Source: Magallana gigas
Lineage: Eukaryota
Direction: 5' to 3'
Assembly (NCBI RefSeq): GCF_963853765.1
Contig: NC_088859.1
Span: 46,934,001 to 46,998,000 of the forward strand
DNA: 64,000 nucleotides
Within the stretch, counting starts at the first letter, position 1. Each line of letters opens with the position of its first letter. Under the pieces are notes generated by a model. It ran no database searches. It was not told the origin of the DNA and was given only the letters and a program-made list of their open reading frames with translations. Made by a program: the position numbers and the translations under genes. This document shows positions 22,303-37,100 of the stretch, in pieces.

Positions 22303-25300
22303 TCAAACTTCATCCGTGGTTTGTAATTTTGAAAGTAATGCCTCTAAAAGCTTTAACTTCGCTTTCACTTGCTGAAAAAAAAAGAATATACAAAGATGTA
22401 GGAGCAGATTCATAAATGTCTTTTTAAAAAACTGAAGAGAGTCAGTATCTTGAAATTTGTGCTGTATGTAATAGAAGTAAAGTTTATTATCTTAGGATTT
22501 GATTACATAACAAAATTTCAGTTTGTATATTAGAACACCTTGTAAACTGTGCACTAGATTTCAGAACATAAAGAGGTTTTGGAAACTACTGCCTTTGTGC
22601 AGAGTTTGATAATGTGTAATTGTTTTGGAGGTGGGATTGTTACCTTGTAACATGTGTATTCTGTCTGTAATGGTTCTCTGTCATCCCTCTGTACCTTCCT
22701 GCAAAATAAAGCCATGGTGAACTCATTACAAATATAAAAATGAACAACAATAACATAGCTTAAGCTATACTTTTTATACGTTGTCTTGTATCCATACACT
22801 TTAAAAATGCCTATAGAGTATTATCAAAATTACATTATAGTTTTTCTTAATAAGATGACAGTTTTAGACTTCCCCTCATATGTATATTCTTATGTTGAAT
22901 TTTGTACATGTACCTCTCCAGAGGTCACATTATTGTCCCTGAGGGCTAGGGTATGAGCAAACCCGAATATAAATTACCGGTACAAGAGTTTTTGATGAAC
23001 CTTTCCAGAAAATATTAGTTTTTTTGCTGCAGTGGTCCATAAGAAAATTTAATTTCAGTTCAAAATATTACATTGAAAGCCATTTAACCAAGATGGTCCC
23101 AGAGAGAGAGAGAGATAAAAATGAGTACCAGTAAGTACAGTTACTTTGGAAGATGGATATGATAAAAACAATGAGTATAGACTTTAAACAAAATTTGATA
23201 AGAAAAGCTCGCTCAAACCATAAAATACTGATACATGTACATGTTTTGATTTAAAATAATATAATATAAAATAATCATTTACCTTCCATTTTTCTGAAAA
23301 AAATCTTCTTCAAAGTTTCTCAAAGTCCTGCGTATTCTTTTCTTTTCTCCTTTTGACTTTAATAATTCATCTTGAAGCTCAGATCTGTAAAATAATATAA
23401 TGAAAAAACATTTGAAATTAAATTATGGAAGACAATGTAATATGAATTATAAAGTCCCAAAAATTTATGCTAGTAACAGTAAAAGTCAGAAAATGAATAA
23501 CACTGAAATGTCAACATACATGTTCATTGTATTTTTGGAACACAAGTAGAACATGAACACTTGAAAGCATCAAAGTCTGAAATTCTAAATTCAGTTACAA
23601 ATAACTGCAACCAAAAATATTTTGATAATTTCCTGTCTTCATTAACAAAAGATGACACATACATGGACATTTCATGGAGGTTTGGTTCCTGGTTCTGGGG
23701 GCTCTCCTCCTCCTCCTCCTCCTCCTCTTCAGGCAGGCTCAGTTTCCTCTTGACTTTGGGAGAATGCTCCTTCCTAGTCACCTCCTTAGACTCGGGTCTC
23801 ACTGTGTCACGAAGGACAGAGAAGTCCCTAGTGACGGCAAAGTCCATGGTCCCCAGTGTTCCAAGTCCAGTACTCATGGGAACCTCATCAAAATCATCAT
23901 AGTGGGCGGTGGGGATTCGCACTGATGGCCTCTGAATTGTGTAACAAGCCTTCATTAGTCCCAATTTCATATTTACAGTTGGTGCAAAGCATCATAATTC
24001 TGATTTTGCTTTTATTCATTCACATCTTTTGTTAAGGTATCTGACTTACATAGGGGTTAGGAAAACCTCCTTCAAATTCTATTGGTCGATCTTCAGGCAC
24101 TGTTTGAAGCTCCTTCTTTTCTCTTGGCTAAAAAAACCCATTAAGATTTAAGCATATGCAGATGTATAATTAACCTGTAGAAAAAAACTAAGCAAGGTAT
24201 GAGTGATTCTTGAATACTCACGGAGTTTGGTTTTGACAAAAGTCGCTTGATTTTTCTATATCTGTCATACAAAGGTCTCATCAAATCTTTTTCTTCTCTT
24301 GTTTTCTAAAGACAAACAATGGAAATACACATACAATTATACAAATTTTTATCTATAGTATTATAAAAATTCATTATTAAGAAACATTTAAAAACATTTT
24401 TTCCATTGTATTTCTCCCCTTTAACTTACTGGTCTTCCATGAAGATTTTCGAAGTGAAGCAGAGCTTTCTGAACTGCTAACTTTTCGTCTAAAATCTGGT
24501 CACTATTCATCATCTGAAAAACAAGAGCCAATTCGATAAAGAATTGATTCCATTATAGCCATTCCTCTGTCTAATATCAACCTGAGATAAGTGTTGTCCT
24601 TACATCCACATCTTCAGGCCGTTTGGCATCTCGTCTCTTGTCTCCCAGCTTCAATAAGATGATGTTCAGTGTTTGCTCCATGGATGGCGGAATATCGGGA
24701 GGTTCTAGTCGCTCTCCGCTGGAAGAGGCTCCACTGCCATGGCGACTTCGGTTCCCAATCTCTGCCTCCTCTTTCAATCCTAAAATGAAAATGCATGCAT
24801 TGGTACATGTTTTTTTTATGATTAAACCTGAAAAGACATATCAAAGTTTTACATGCATATAGAAATAATATGCTTACTCTTAATTTCTCGTTTTGCTTTG
24901 GAAATGTCATTCATCCACTTTTTCACAGTTGGCTTGCTGGCTTTGTCAGCAAGAGATGGCTGGAAAAAGAGGTTGGTAAATGAAAAATGGGCTGTGATTT
25001 GTAAGAAAAGTAATGAATTATTTAAAAGATTTTAAATCAACATACCTTGTATCCATTTTCTTTTTCAAAGTTTTCTTCAAAATGCTTCACCTTTTTCTTT
25101 AAAGCTAAAAATGAAATTTATATCAAGGTAGTTTCTATGTCCTACCGAAAAAAAAATATATCCCTATTAGAAAAAATCCTTCTAAAACCAAAGTTTAAGT
25201 TCTTGAAACAATGGTATCAATCATAAATAATTTTGGTGATGATATCCATGCTCTGCACAATTTGACAGAATTTACATATCATGGTTCTTAAATAATTTTT

Positions 25301-28300
25301 AACTTTATGTTACTTCTACAATCTTACCATGTAATTTCTTGCTTTGTTGTTTTATTTTGGTTGTGATGTCATTTTCTAAGTTTGCTGAGCTACAGAAAAA
25401 GTACAAAAGCGAAAAGTTGATTTACTCTAAAATTTTCTAAATAAAGTCACCATAAATATTTACCTATGGTAGCAATATGTGTTATCTTGGTTTGGTTGTT
25501 AGCAGCAAACAGTGATGATGTTGATTTAGAAGTAAAATAACATAGATCTGTGTTTTATTGGAACAAAATTAGAGCCCATTAACAATATATATTTTCCCAT
25601 GTTTCAATGATCTAGCTTTCAAGAGTGCTTATAACAAGTTAAGGTACCTGTGTTTATAATGATCTTGGTTAACAGGTGATGGTGCAACATCAGTATTCAT
25701 TGGCACACTGAAAAGGACATCAAACGTCATGACAACACTAATAAACATGAATGAATGAATGAAACAATGAAGTTATTCAGTATTCATCAGTTGTTTATCC
25801 CAAGTCTTTAATTTACTAATTAACCATTATACTGATTTATCATTGTAATAGACATGTTCTCAAATTTTCTTTAAAAAATAAATACACGGTAACCTCAATT
25901 TTATCTGGTTTTAGTTCACGTGAGAAATTGAGAAAGCATCTAATGGGATTAGATTTACCGTAATTAAACCATCTCAAAATGAATGCTTATTAACTAAAAC
26001 AAAACAACAAACTATAATTTATGTGCCTCCACTCAAGAGCAGCCACTAAAGTGCAAATTAAAAAAGTGTATAATAGTTTTCTGTAAGATGTACTCGAATG
26101 TGGACAGTGATTTTATTTTTCAAGGCAGACACTCTACATACATGTACAAAGTGATACACATATATATCTTCAAAACAGAAATATCCAACACAGATTTTGA
26201 AATCAGAGAAAACATGTTACGCTTTGTTATCCAAAGAGATCAGCATCTAAGAGAAAGAAAGGACTATGTGTGGTTAAAAAGAAATAAAGAGAAAAGGTGA
26301 CAGGAAAGAGACAGTATTACGCAAACCCAAAAAGTGCACCAGAGAGTTAGTGGTCAGCCACAGAGAGTCACAGTAATCACTAGTAACAGTGACAGGACCA
26401 CCAGTACTAAACCAGAGGCCTGTTCAGCAGAGCAGATGCTCCAAAGTGCCAACCAAATTTGTGTCATAGAGATAGGGAATGTATATTTGGCGAGCGCTTG
26501 CAGGCAACTACTTAGCTGAACAGGTGTCAGATCTAGAGAGTTAGCTACAGAGAGTGGCAATTATCAGTAGTGAACTAGTTATAGAGGGTTAGTGGGCAGC
26601 TACAGGGTGTATCATAGTAATCACCTGGATGGGGGGCTGTGCTGATAGGCACTGGGGGATAGAGGGGCTTCCAGATCCTCCTGACTGGAAAGGAGGAACA
26701 AATCGTCACAATGACAATTTCTAAAGAACAACTACAAGTACCTTAGAACAGCTACACAATAAATCAGAGTTCTGCAATATTCCTATACCAGGAGATTTTA
26801 GTAATAAGGTCATACTAATCTAAACATTAATTGAATACAGGTATCTATGAAATATTTTGAAAGAAAGGAAATACTGTCTATTTAGAAAATTGAACTTTAG
26901 AGTGAAAGGGGATAGTTAGATTTAACATGGACATGTATTCTTAAAGTACATGTATGTATTCAGGCAAAATTCCAATTCATTTACATCTGGCAGCAAAACA
27001 CCACAAAAACTATCAATAGATCATCCCCTCCAGACTTCACTGTGCTTACTTGGATTTCCTTTTGATGAGTTTGTTGCTGCGTGGAGAGATGACCACATCA
27101 GGGGTGTCCCCTCCGTTGATCTGGGACTTGGCTAACTGGTAGGAGACAGACTGTCCTTTATCAGCAGGGATAGGATCTGAAACAATCAAACAAAAAACAC
27201 TTATACCACGATTCTTTCTTTTCAACTTGCTATTCAGAGATTTCAATTCAAAATGAAGTAATTGCTGTGGAATCACCAAGGTCTAAATCATGGATAGGCT
27301 TTTTAAATTACTATTTTGAAACCTTTAAAGTGTAATATGGATAGATTATTCTAATAATAAATAATCAAAAAGAGTGTTAATATTCAATTGTCATGTAAAA
27401 TAGTAAGTGATAGATCTTGACAAAGTGATAGGTATCGATTTCTATGTAAAAACATAATTCTGCAGTACCGCTATAGGGATGTCAGAAGTAACCCTCGGCA
27501 CAGTAAAATATTGCTATCATTCCCCTCACCTGAACTATCAATGTGTTCATGGAGTGTAGACAGGTCTAGCGGGGGAATGAACGGTTTCCTGGCATTGCTG
27601 GGTGAGGCATCAGGAGAACTCTTGTTCTCCGTGTGGTTTGTGAGTTCCAGGAAAGCTACGCGTGGTTTTGGGACTGGCTCCCTCTCTCTGCTGGGTTTTG
27701 TGTCTGTGAGTGTTGAGGTCTCCAACTCATGTGAAGCATTGTCGTTTCTAGACTGAGTGTCCAGTTCAATCTCCTCCTTGTCTTCTAACGAGTTACTGCG
27801 TGACCGTCTGCTTGGAGATCGACGATTTCTAGGACCTGCAGGTCTCTTGAACTGAAGCTAAAGAAAATGGGTAAGTCAAATATAAATGTAAAATTTTATA
27901 TGAATGAATCATGAAAACCTTTGATGCTTTCAGGTGTCTTGAACTCACTGATGATAGGGTTCCAGAGTCTCTCTTCACACTCTCAAAATCTTCATCTTGA
28001 TGAACATCATTTTCTTTTGAACTGTGTAGAGAATGAATATGACTTAAGAAGATGTGATTACTTTAAAAATCTACTGAATTAGAAGTACACGTATTAGCAT
28101 ATTACACTAGTCAGAAGATAAACCTACTTACCTATGTGAGACTGATTTATGAGTGAATCCATTCATCCTCTGCTGTTGCTGCAATACAAGACTTAATCAT
28201 ATAAACTCCCAGACACATCATCTACATGTACATGCAATATTATTGATTAAAAGATTCTATTTAAACTAAACTTAATATTCAACGCATATTTGAACATTGA

Positions 28301-31300
28301 CAACTTTATAAATGAACATTAAATACACTACCAGAAATCTTTAACAAAAAAACACAGCTAAAATAAAGACCCATGTACATGTATATAAACTGTAGATATG
28401 AAAATGCTTTCACAGTTTACCTGTGTTGGTGACGTGTCCATGAGTTCAGCCTTTGGTTGTGTCTGCTTCACAGTCTTGGAGGATCTAAGTATTTCAGAGG
28501 TGTGTGGATTTGATTCAAATTGTTTAATACGATCTTTCACTGGAATCGCATTCTCCAAATTCTCTTTACTAAATTATAAATTACCAATTTTAAAAAATAA
28601 TTTAAAACTAAAAAAGAATCAAAATTTCAAATGTAGCTTTATGTCAAACACAATAAAACAAGGTTTATAATTCCTATTGATTTGCTCAAATGTAATAATA
28701 ATATCCTTTATTTATCCAATGTATCAAATTATTTGATATCAATTTATCAAATGTGTCCTTACCTGTCTTCTTCCTCTTCGATAAAAGTCTCACACATACT
28801 GACATCATCCCCGAACAGGTGCTCCTTTATAGAGCGGGCTATCACATTCTCTACCATCCTGTAAGACAGTGACCCCACATCAAAATCAGCACTTGTTTAA
28901 ACATTCTTATATAACCATCAAATGTTACAGGGAGGTAAAGTGAAAGTTGCAATGGTAAAATTATATAGTTTCCGCTTAATATAGATTTTGTTAATAAGAT
29001 TTTTCACTTTGTGCAGCCCAATTTATGTCAGCACTTAGCAGTTCTTGTACACAGTTGCATATTTTGCCTTACTCTGACGTTCTTGCTGACGGCAATGGGG
29101 ATTCTATCATGCTGAAGCCTCCATCACTGTAACAGAAAGGAATCAGCTGTTGTCTGCACTTTCAAGTTTATTATACTACAAACAACTTGTGTTTAACAAA
29201 GAGGATATCAGCAGGACCAAGAATGCATATTCAAGATAAACAAGAACTTGGCAGGCTGTTTGTGGTTTAAGATCTTAATAGAATTTTCTGTTTTTGCTAA
29301 CACAATTTGTATGAAAGCACTAAAATGTTAATTACTTTATCTGATGCAATGTTAAAAAAAAATTTTTAAACAGCTTTAAGCATGGCATTGCTATTAACTC
29401 TTACCTGTCGAGTACAAAAGGTGAGGCCCTGCCAGCGATTTCATCGTCACTACCGCGGGGGCTGTGACTCCGTCCCTGGGTGTTACTGGATGATCCCTCA
29501 CTGTAGTCCTCTATGTCCTGGTACGAGGAGCTGTCATACGGGTCTGTTCTCACCTACACACAAACATGACAATTATAAAAACAGGATTTCAATTTCATGA
29601 ACTACAATGTAAAAATAAAGATCAGCCAATTTTTTTTTTCATTCAGTTTTTAACATTAATTTGTTTTGAGTGAGCCTTACCATACTTCTAGGTTTTGGAA
29701 CAGGTCTGTGCTCCTCTACAAGGAGTTTAGGAGGGGGTGGTCTGGGTGGGGCCTTTTGCTTTTGTTTGACCTAAACAAATGACCATACTATAAAAAATTC
29801 TGCCCCCCACCTTGCAAAAAAAAATTCCCAATAAAAACATGAAAAATATATATACAGCAAAACTCGAATATAACGAACACGGATATAGCGAATTTACGGC
29901 TATAACGAATCATTATTCATGTCCCGGCAAATTTCTTATGTAAACCTATAGAAAATTGATGTATATAACGAACACGGCTATAACGAATTTACGGCTATAA
30001 CGAAGTAATTTTAAGACCCCCGCTGGCAAAATTTTAACGTATTTCATCATTTTTATTACGAATTTTTTCCATTTCAAATTTCATTGAAGAAACATGCAAT
30101 TTTAAGATGCATATATAAAATACTCAAATTCAAATAGTATACAGAATTTTTTTTTAAAATTGAAATGAAATGGTTATATTAACTTTTTTTGTAAATCACA
30201 GTAATACTAATTTTATAACTTACGATAGTTTAGAAAACTGTTAGCCGGAAAAACCCTTAATTATTTTATAACGAATTCGCTATAATATTTTTTACGAATT
30301 CGTTATAAACGCATAGCGAATTACGGCTATAACGAAGTTTTTTCTATGGTCCCTTGAAATTCGTTATAAACGAGTTTTGCTGTATATTTTTTTATACATT
30401 TGAATTAGCTTTACATTATATATAGATAACTAATTACTCTGTTAATGCTTTGACAACAGTTTGGCTAATCATACTATAGACACTTAAGTGTATTTATAAG
30501 AATTATACATTGATTGTTTTTCCTGAACATAGTTCATTATTCAAAGTTTTGCAAGTCAATTTTTTTCAGCATGCTTATTCCAGAATATAGAGTAAATGTA
30601 TCATATCTAACTTTTAAATGGTTGATGTAACCTGAGTGATAGATCTTATGAGCGTTTCACTATTTACCCATTCATCAGATGGTGAGATTTCATTCTCCTC
30701 CTTGAACAGAGCATCGTAATTGGTGATAAACTTGTACACAATTTGATTGATTTTCCCCTGGTCCTTCAATCCTATGACTCCCTGGCCACATCTGGAAGAA
30801 ATGACCTCACTAATAACAGTGTATCAATCCTAATTACAAGTTAAAGAAATAGATACATTCATATCTCAATGAATGTATCACAATAAGATACCGGTACTTT
30901 GAGAATGCACAACAAAATAAATATCAAATCTTTCTTTCCAAAAAAAGCCCTCACTGAAAATCAAACTCCATAAAAAAATATGGTTCTCTCTTTTTTCAGC
31001 TGAGACACATTGCATGATAATATAACACATGTAATCAACAGAAAAGTTGTCAATACCTAAATAAGTTTGGTAAGCTGAGACACATTGCATGATAATATAA
31101 CACATGTAATCAACAGAAAAGTTGTCAATACCTAAATAAGTTTGGTCCAAACACAATGGCCAGTGACATGGGGCTCATTTTGTTGGTGCGTTCGTACTGG
31201 GCCACCACCACAAGGAATCGGATCAGATACCTTAGGAGGTTATAGTGAACCTCCCCCAGACCCTGCAGCTCCAACCTCAGACCAGAAATACATCCAGCAG

Positions 31301-34173
31301 GGTTGTTCTGATATTCTGTAAAAGGTCAAAAGGTCAATTTTTAATAATGGTACATTCTCTTATTAAGCCAGCCCAAACTAATTCACTTATTTGTAGGATT
31401 CAGTAAGTAAGTAAGTAAGAGCTGGCTTTAGCCAGGCCCTGAGACATTTTTTGAGTACCAGTACAAAAGATTTATTCCTTTTGATAAATAATATCATATC
31501 TGAAGCAACTAGTAGCCAACTACATACATGTAGAAGGCTAAGATATGCCAGAATGCTGCTGAGAGATTTCCAATACTAACAGAATTCAGAGAGCAAAAAA
31601 TGAAACATCAAACATTCAGACTAAAAGATATTAATTGGTAGAACTTATTAAAAAATATAAAGCCAATACACAGTCCCCTGCCTCACTATATTGAGTCAAA
31701 CTGAATACAAAACAAACTCAAATAATGCTGATGATTCTGAATCATAGTCACATATTCAAAACCCACAAACTTAATCCTGATTATTACTTGAAAGATAGTA
31801 AAGCGCAACTCTTACAAATTAAATCAATATGCACGTTTTCCATAGATAGAGATTTATAAATCAAGGGGAAAGAAATATGTAGGTGTGTATACATCTTCAT
31901 ACCTTCCTGGACTGCTATGAACCTCTGAGTTTTATTCTCTGGAATCAATGACTCTGGTATTTCCCTTAGAAACAGCTTCAGCAGGCTAGCTACTGCCATT
32001 AGGTCTTCTTCTTCATTCAAGTCCGCGTCTCCACGCATGTCAAAACTTGTGCGATACTTCTCTACTATTCTTGTGCTGCCGTTAATTCGGAAAATTCCCT
32101 CTGTTTCAAATCCTTCACAAAAAATAATTCATGAAAGTCATAAACCTTACATTGATAACTTTAATTTGAAGAATAAAAGCATTCAATTACAATAAATAAT
32201 GAATTTCTGAATTGATCTAGGAATTTATGTAGGGCCATAGAATTTAAAATATTTTTTATTGCACTATAAACCTTATTAAAAAATAAAGGTAGTTTAAAAG
32301 TACGATGTACCTTATATACATGTCAACAGAGTATTTTCCTGGGAGTGATTATGAATGAGAGGTGATTTATTTCTGTGTACTTGAATGTACTACAGAGCTA
32401 TTCAGTTAGTCCTGGTTATAAATATACTACATCTGCTCTACTACAACACCAGTGGAACGAGCCACTCCGTCGCTCTCACACAGCCACTTCAGTGACTGCA
32501 GGACTATTTGCACTAGTATAATTACATAACAATCCTCCACATATTTCCCAGTATTCCAGCACTTACCTTTGTCACGTATATGTTCGCATATTTTACTGAC
32601 TACGTAGGGCACACTGGCTGATGAGGCTGCTCGGGACATGAGCTCTTCTAGAGGCACCCCAAATGTTCTGTTCCCCAACCCTTTTTTGCGAGTGCCTGGA
32701 CTCAGTAGCTTCTTCATCTTGTCCACTGAAGACATTTTAGAATTCACTGTCTTTGACTGAAATAGAAAACACCTTTTAATACTTCTGAGATTGTTCCATC
32801 CAATGTGTTCATTGTCACATCTAATAATAAACAGATCCTGCCCAAGATTTACTATCACTCCAGTATAGGTCTAATTTTAGCCATGGTTTTAAGATAACCA
32901 ACTTTTATATATATCTTTGTATCTTAACAAGGTCAATGTCACAGTCCTCCTCCTCCAGATTCTCCACTCTATTTCCCTGTGTTTCAAGGAGAAAAGGGCA
33001 CAATTTTTTGAGTAAATAAAACAAAATTAAAATTAAAATAAATTCTGTTTTAGTCCACTTTTTTCCCTAAAGAGTTTTGTGGCCTTGACAATAGGATTGG
33101 TGCACCCATCAAATTTTCATACTGCAGTTTGTTCAAACTTCACGTACCATCAGATATAAACCACTCTGCTGCCATAAAGTGAACAATCTACAGAGAGAAA
33201 GACGGAGTAGTCTTGATAAAGGACAATCATCCTCTATGAATGATTAAGTATCTACGGAATGGTTCTCACCAAGTCATAGCAGTCTTGTTCTTTGACATTA
33301 TCTCCTCTTGTCTCTCAGTGATACAAACACTACATATATACAGCCCCCTGTGAAGTAGTTCAGACAAGGATGGAACAAATTGCTGGTATTTTATTGTATT
33401 CATGCCACAGACAGAAACACACTTCAACTTGACATTAATCGAAAAAAAACCTCAAGTGCACAAAATATTTCAAGAAGAAACAGGTACTTTTCACTTTCAT
33501 GGCATTTCTAGACAGATCTGATAAATAACAGAGAAAGCTGGCTCTCTCTAGCTTGACAACTACAAGATTTCCCCATAATGATTTCTTCACCCATAACTAT
33601 TAAGTGAATGTCTTTCTGAAGTGGTCTGTACACTAACAGTAACTTAGTGATTACACAATGTGCTGATCACCCAAATATTTGGAATGGTTACCATACCTTT
33701 AAGCATGTGGGATAAGTCTCTGTACTTTAATATAGTGATCAACTTTCTTAAACTAAATAATTTAAAAGGATATATAGAGACATGTACAAGGAAATATTAT
33801 AAACACTCCACCCTGTATACCCACCCACTAGTCAACTGATAATAGCAATCCTTCAAATATCTTGCATGAAATTACCAACTATACAAGAGCAGTGTAGTTT
33901 AAGAGATTTTCCCAACATATTTTCCCCCATAATTGTCAGGGATACAATGATACTCTGCTAGTACCCCTTAAAATAATGAAGTGACAACTTTTTTTTAATG
34001 AAATGTTTAAATAGAACTGAATTAGATTATCACGGTTTGTACACATATGATTGATAGCCTGGTGAAGTGTGAAAGTTGTGATGGTGTATGGGAGATGCTC
34101 CACTTACTGTTGTCTCAGAGGCTGGCGTGGAATAGAAGTGGTTCCCAGATCCTTCCTTTACATTTACTCTCAT
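22303..34173 (-). CDS. FAM13A: FAM13-family RhoGAP protein (~1041 aa, 27 coding exons; N-terminal exon tentative)
   Basis: In-phase exons: 34108-34173 (tentative start), 32567-32756, 31903-32112, 31132-31315, 30668-30791, 29681-29770, 29405-29553, 29073-29126, 28763-28858, 28421-28568, 28132-28178, 27949-28021 (alternative donor 27919), 27530-27857, 27050-27176, 26625-26684, 25648-25707, 25328-25389, 25046-25104, 24878-24959, 24604-24779, 24430-24513, 24222-24305, 24050-24127, 23663-23931, 23283-23384, 22644-22698, 22303-22371. RhoGAP motifs FGVPL, EGIFRING, ASLLKLFLREIP, LAIVFGPNLF. FAM13 C-terminal motifs EKLAVQKALLHFENLHGRP, MRPLYDRYR, KKRIRRTLRNFEEDF, VKAKLKLLEALLSK. The A versus B paralogue cannot be resolved. 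Confidence 0.9.
29855..30382. mobile_element. MITE, Tc1/mariner (pogo/Tigger-like)
   Basis: TIRs cagcaaaactcg / cgagttttgctg flanked by TA on both sides, with internal tataacgaa sub-repeats. Lies in a FAM13 intron. Confidence 0.88.
30998..31146. repeat. Perfect 75-bp tandem duplication spanning a FAM13 splice donor
   Basis: agctgagacacattgc...caatacctaaataagtttggt starts at both 30998 and 31073. Confidence 0.95.
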
Positions 34174-37100
34174 CTCGTTCCTGCCTCACTCTTTACTGGT
34201 ACTGCATCCTGTAAACAATAGCATACAGTCCATCAACAGGTGCCCCCTGAATACACACATGTCCTGTACATCAGTAGGACCCTACCACTGACGGCCCACA
34301 CACAGAAAGAGGGACAATCCATCATCTTCACCTGTAGTCCTGATCTCCCTTCACATTAATGTCAGCAGAAGAAAAGAACTGTCATGTGGCTATGATAATG
34401 ACAAAACCATTACAATGTAAATGTCATATAGCTGTCTCATTAATATTCCATTTCACATTTTTTTTTTTCATTTCTAAATTTAATGACTCCTACTCGGTCA
34501 ACTTCCTGTTAAGTCAAGGTTATCTACTCTCACAACTACACATAATATACACAGTGTATACTGACCTATTTATAGCTATCTTTACATCCATTCAAAAATG
34601 CAACTTTTAAACAAAAAACTTAACCTTATAATTCATTCTGCCAAAAAAAAAATTTAAGTAGCACGGTTTGTAATACAAAGATGTTTTTGTTCTGACTCTA
34701 GACTACTCCCACCCCCTCGCACGTGTACATTTATTTACAAATCCTCTAAACATCTGTGAATGCCAAAATTATGACAACACGAAGCTCAGAGAAAAACAGA
34801 GAATTCAGAGAGAATAGAAATTTTATCTTTGCAGCTGTCTATTGCACCATTTTCCCTCACCGAATTCCATCAAAAACATGACTACAATTTCCTGCAACTC
34901 TCTCTCTCTCCTGGGGCCCAAACGATAAACCACAAAAATAAATAATAAACAAACATAACATTTGGATGCAGATGCCTTTTACATCAAACCCACCGATCTA
35001 TGAATGAAAAAGAATGTTACCTGGTCGATAAGATGGAGAACTCCCAGATTTTTCCAGTAGAGAGGAGAGCAAAATAATTCCAAAAACAAGCTGTAATGGC
35101 TATAGACTGAAGTTTATATGGTGTGTGGATGTTAGGATGTTAAAACTATCATCTGGGCAGTGGCCCTGGTGTTTATTTACATCAGTGAAGGACACATACG
35201 CCTCCACCACTTAGATCAACACAGATTACAAAGTCTCTCCAAACACTTCATAAGAAGCCCATTAAACTTGATAAAATGTCTGCCTGAAACAGGGAACAAT
35301 TTTGTTGAAGTTTTATCTTTAATGAGGTTCAAACGATTCCTTAAGATATCTGAATATTTCACTACGTGTGAATTAAACTCTCTTCAAATTTAAATGCACA
35401 TTATGAAACCCAGCTCACCTAAATATTAGTGTTGGCTTGCCTGAATAATTCTTCAGATCGGACAACAATAGAAGATTATAATCTGAACACTATAGGTCAG
35501 TGCTAAAGGTCTTTTAAACAGTATGCCAACACATCAGTGTTGTATTTTGGTAATCTTGTAAAACTGGTCCAGTGAAGTCTAAAACTAAGCCAGTACAGTA
35601 TGTTGGTACCAGTACAAGGTACTATTTTTTAAAGCTTGTGATGACAGATCACATATAAGTCTTCTGAAATGGACACATTTAAAGTGAGCCATGAACCATG
35701 CAGTATATATCAAAAGATACCCGGAAAGTCTCTTTAAAACTGATATGTGTGAATCTTGACTTAATCACTAAAACTGATACCATGACAATCTATGTTCATT
35801 AAAACAATACAAAATTGTCATAACATTTATGCACAACCAGTTTATTCTAAAGTGTGCTTTATTGAGTTGTTTGTTTGAACCGCACATTACATGTAAAAAC
35901 AATCTTGGAAAATCCATCCTTCAGTTTTGGTGCATTCGGAATTTTTGGGTGTGCATTCCATCATGTTGTTTATTTGCATCAATCAATTGCAGATTTTTTT
36001 TCCAGTTTATACAAATTAATTCAGTCACACATTGTACTTGCATTAAAAAATCTATCAGGACAATGATGCTTGATGCATGTTTATAAGGCTAATACAATAT
36101 ATGGTGGCTATATAAAAGACAGATAGATTAATTTTGTTCTGATACTTATAACATCTCTGGACCATAGATATACCGGTACACTGCAGACTAGTAATACCGG
36201 TACTCTCAACAAGTGAGATCATTAGTGTCTCATCAAGTCAAACACTGGTATAAATAAATCTGACAAATGTCACCCATTGATTTCTCCATTATTCATTATA
36301 ATTTTTTTTTTCTCCTCCATAATAACTTGATCCCTCTGCCTACAATGCAGGAGCAATCAAATCAATACACAACTCCAGGGCCCCACAGGAGCATACTGTA
36401 CCACACTGCACATCACCAATGACACATCACTGCATAATGCACATTAAATCAGGTTGCAGGAAGTGGGCTCAGACAGATCTAACAGAAGTAGCAGATGACC
36501 CAGTTCTATCACTCACAGGACAATCTACCATCTGTAGCGATGAAACTCTCTGTCTTGGAAACTTGAGTGGGGACACTGAACCTCTGCTCATTACAGCTAA
36601 ACCAATTTCTCCTCAACTTATCGTCACATGAAGAATTGTACATCATATGATTTATTCTATAAACTGATTTTAAAATATCTCGAAATTCACACCACTCTTG
36701 TGCTTGAAATTAATAGCCTGTAGTCTTTTCTCAAAAATCTATTTGAAAAAAGGTACACATCTCCAATAAGCCTCACCTGCAGTCTCCAGTCTGGTTTTCG
36801 TGTTTACGGCTGTTTCAGTGATCGGCAGGATAGTATACGTAGTCCCAACATTCAGAAATTTCCCAAAGTCTGGGATTATTGGATGCGTACAAGTCTTCAG
36901 GATTTCTCACAGTAATCTAGGGGGAAAAATGACAAATTTAAATTCCCAAAATTGAGGATACATTTTTAATGACGAACTAGTAAACAAACTCTGATAAATA
37001 TGAGGTAGTAAATAAAATGTGAAGTTTTTTTTTATATAATTTCCCATGGTTTAAGGATGCGCTTGTTTTGAAAAGTTAATGTACTGAGGATGTATGTTCT

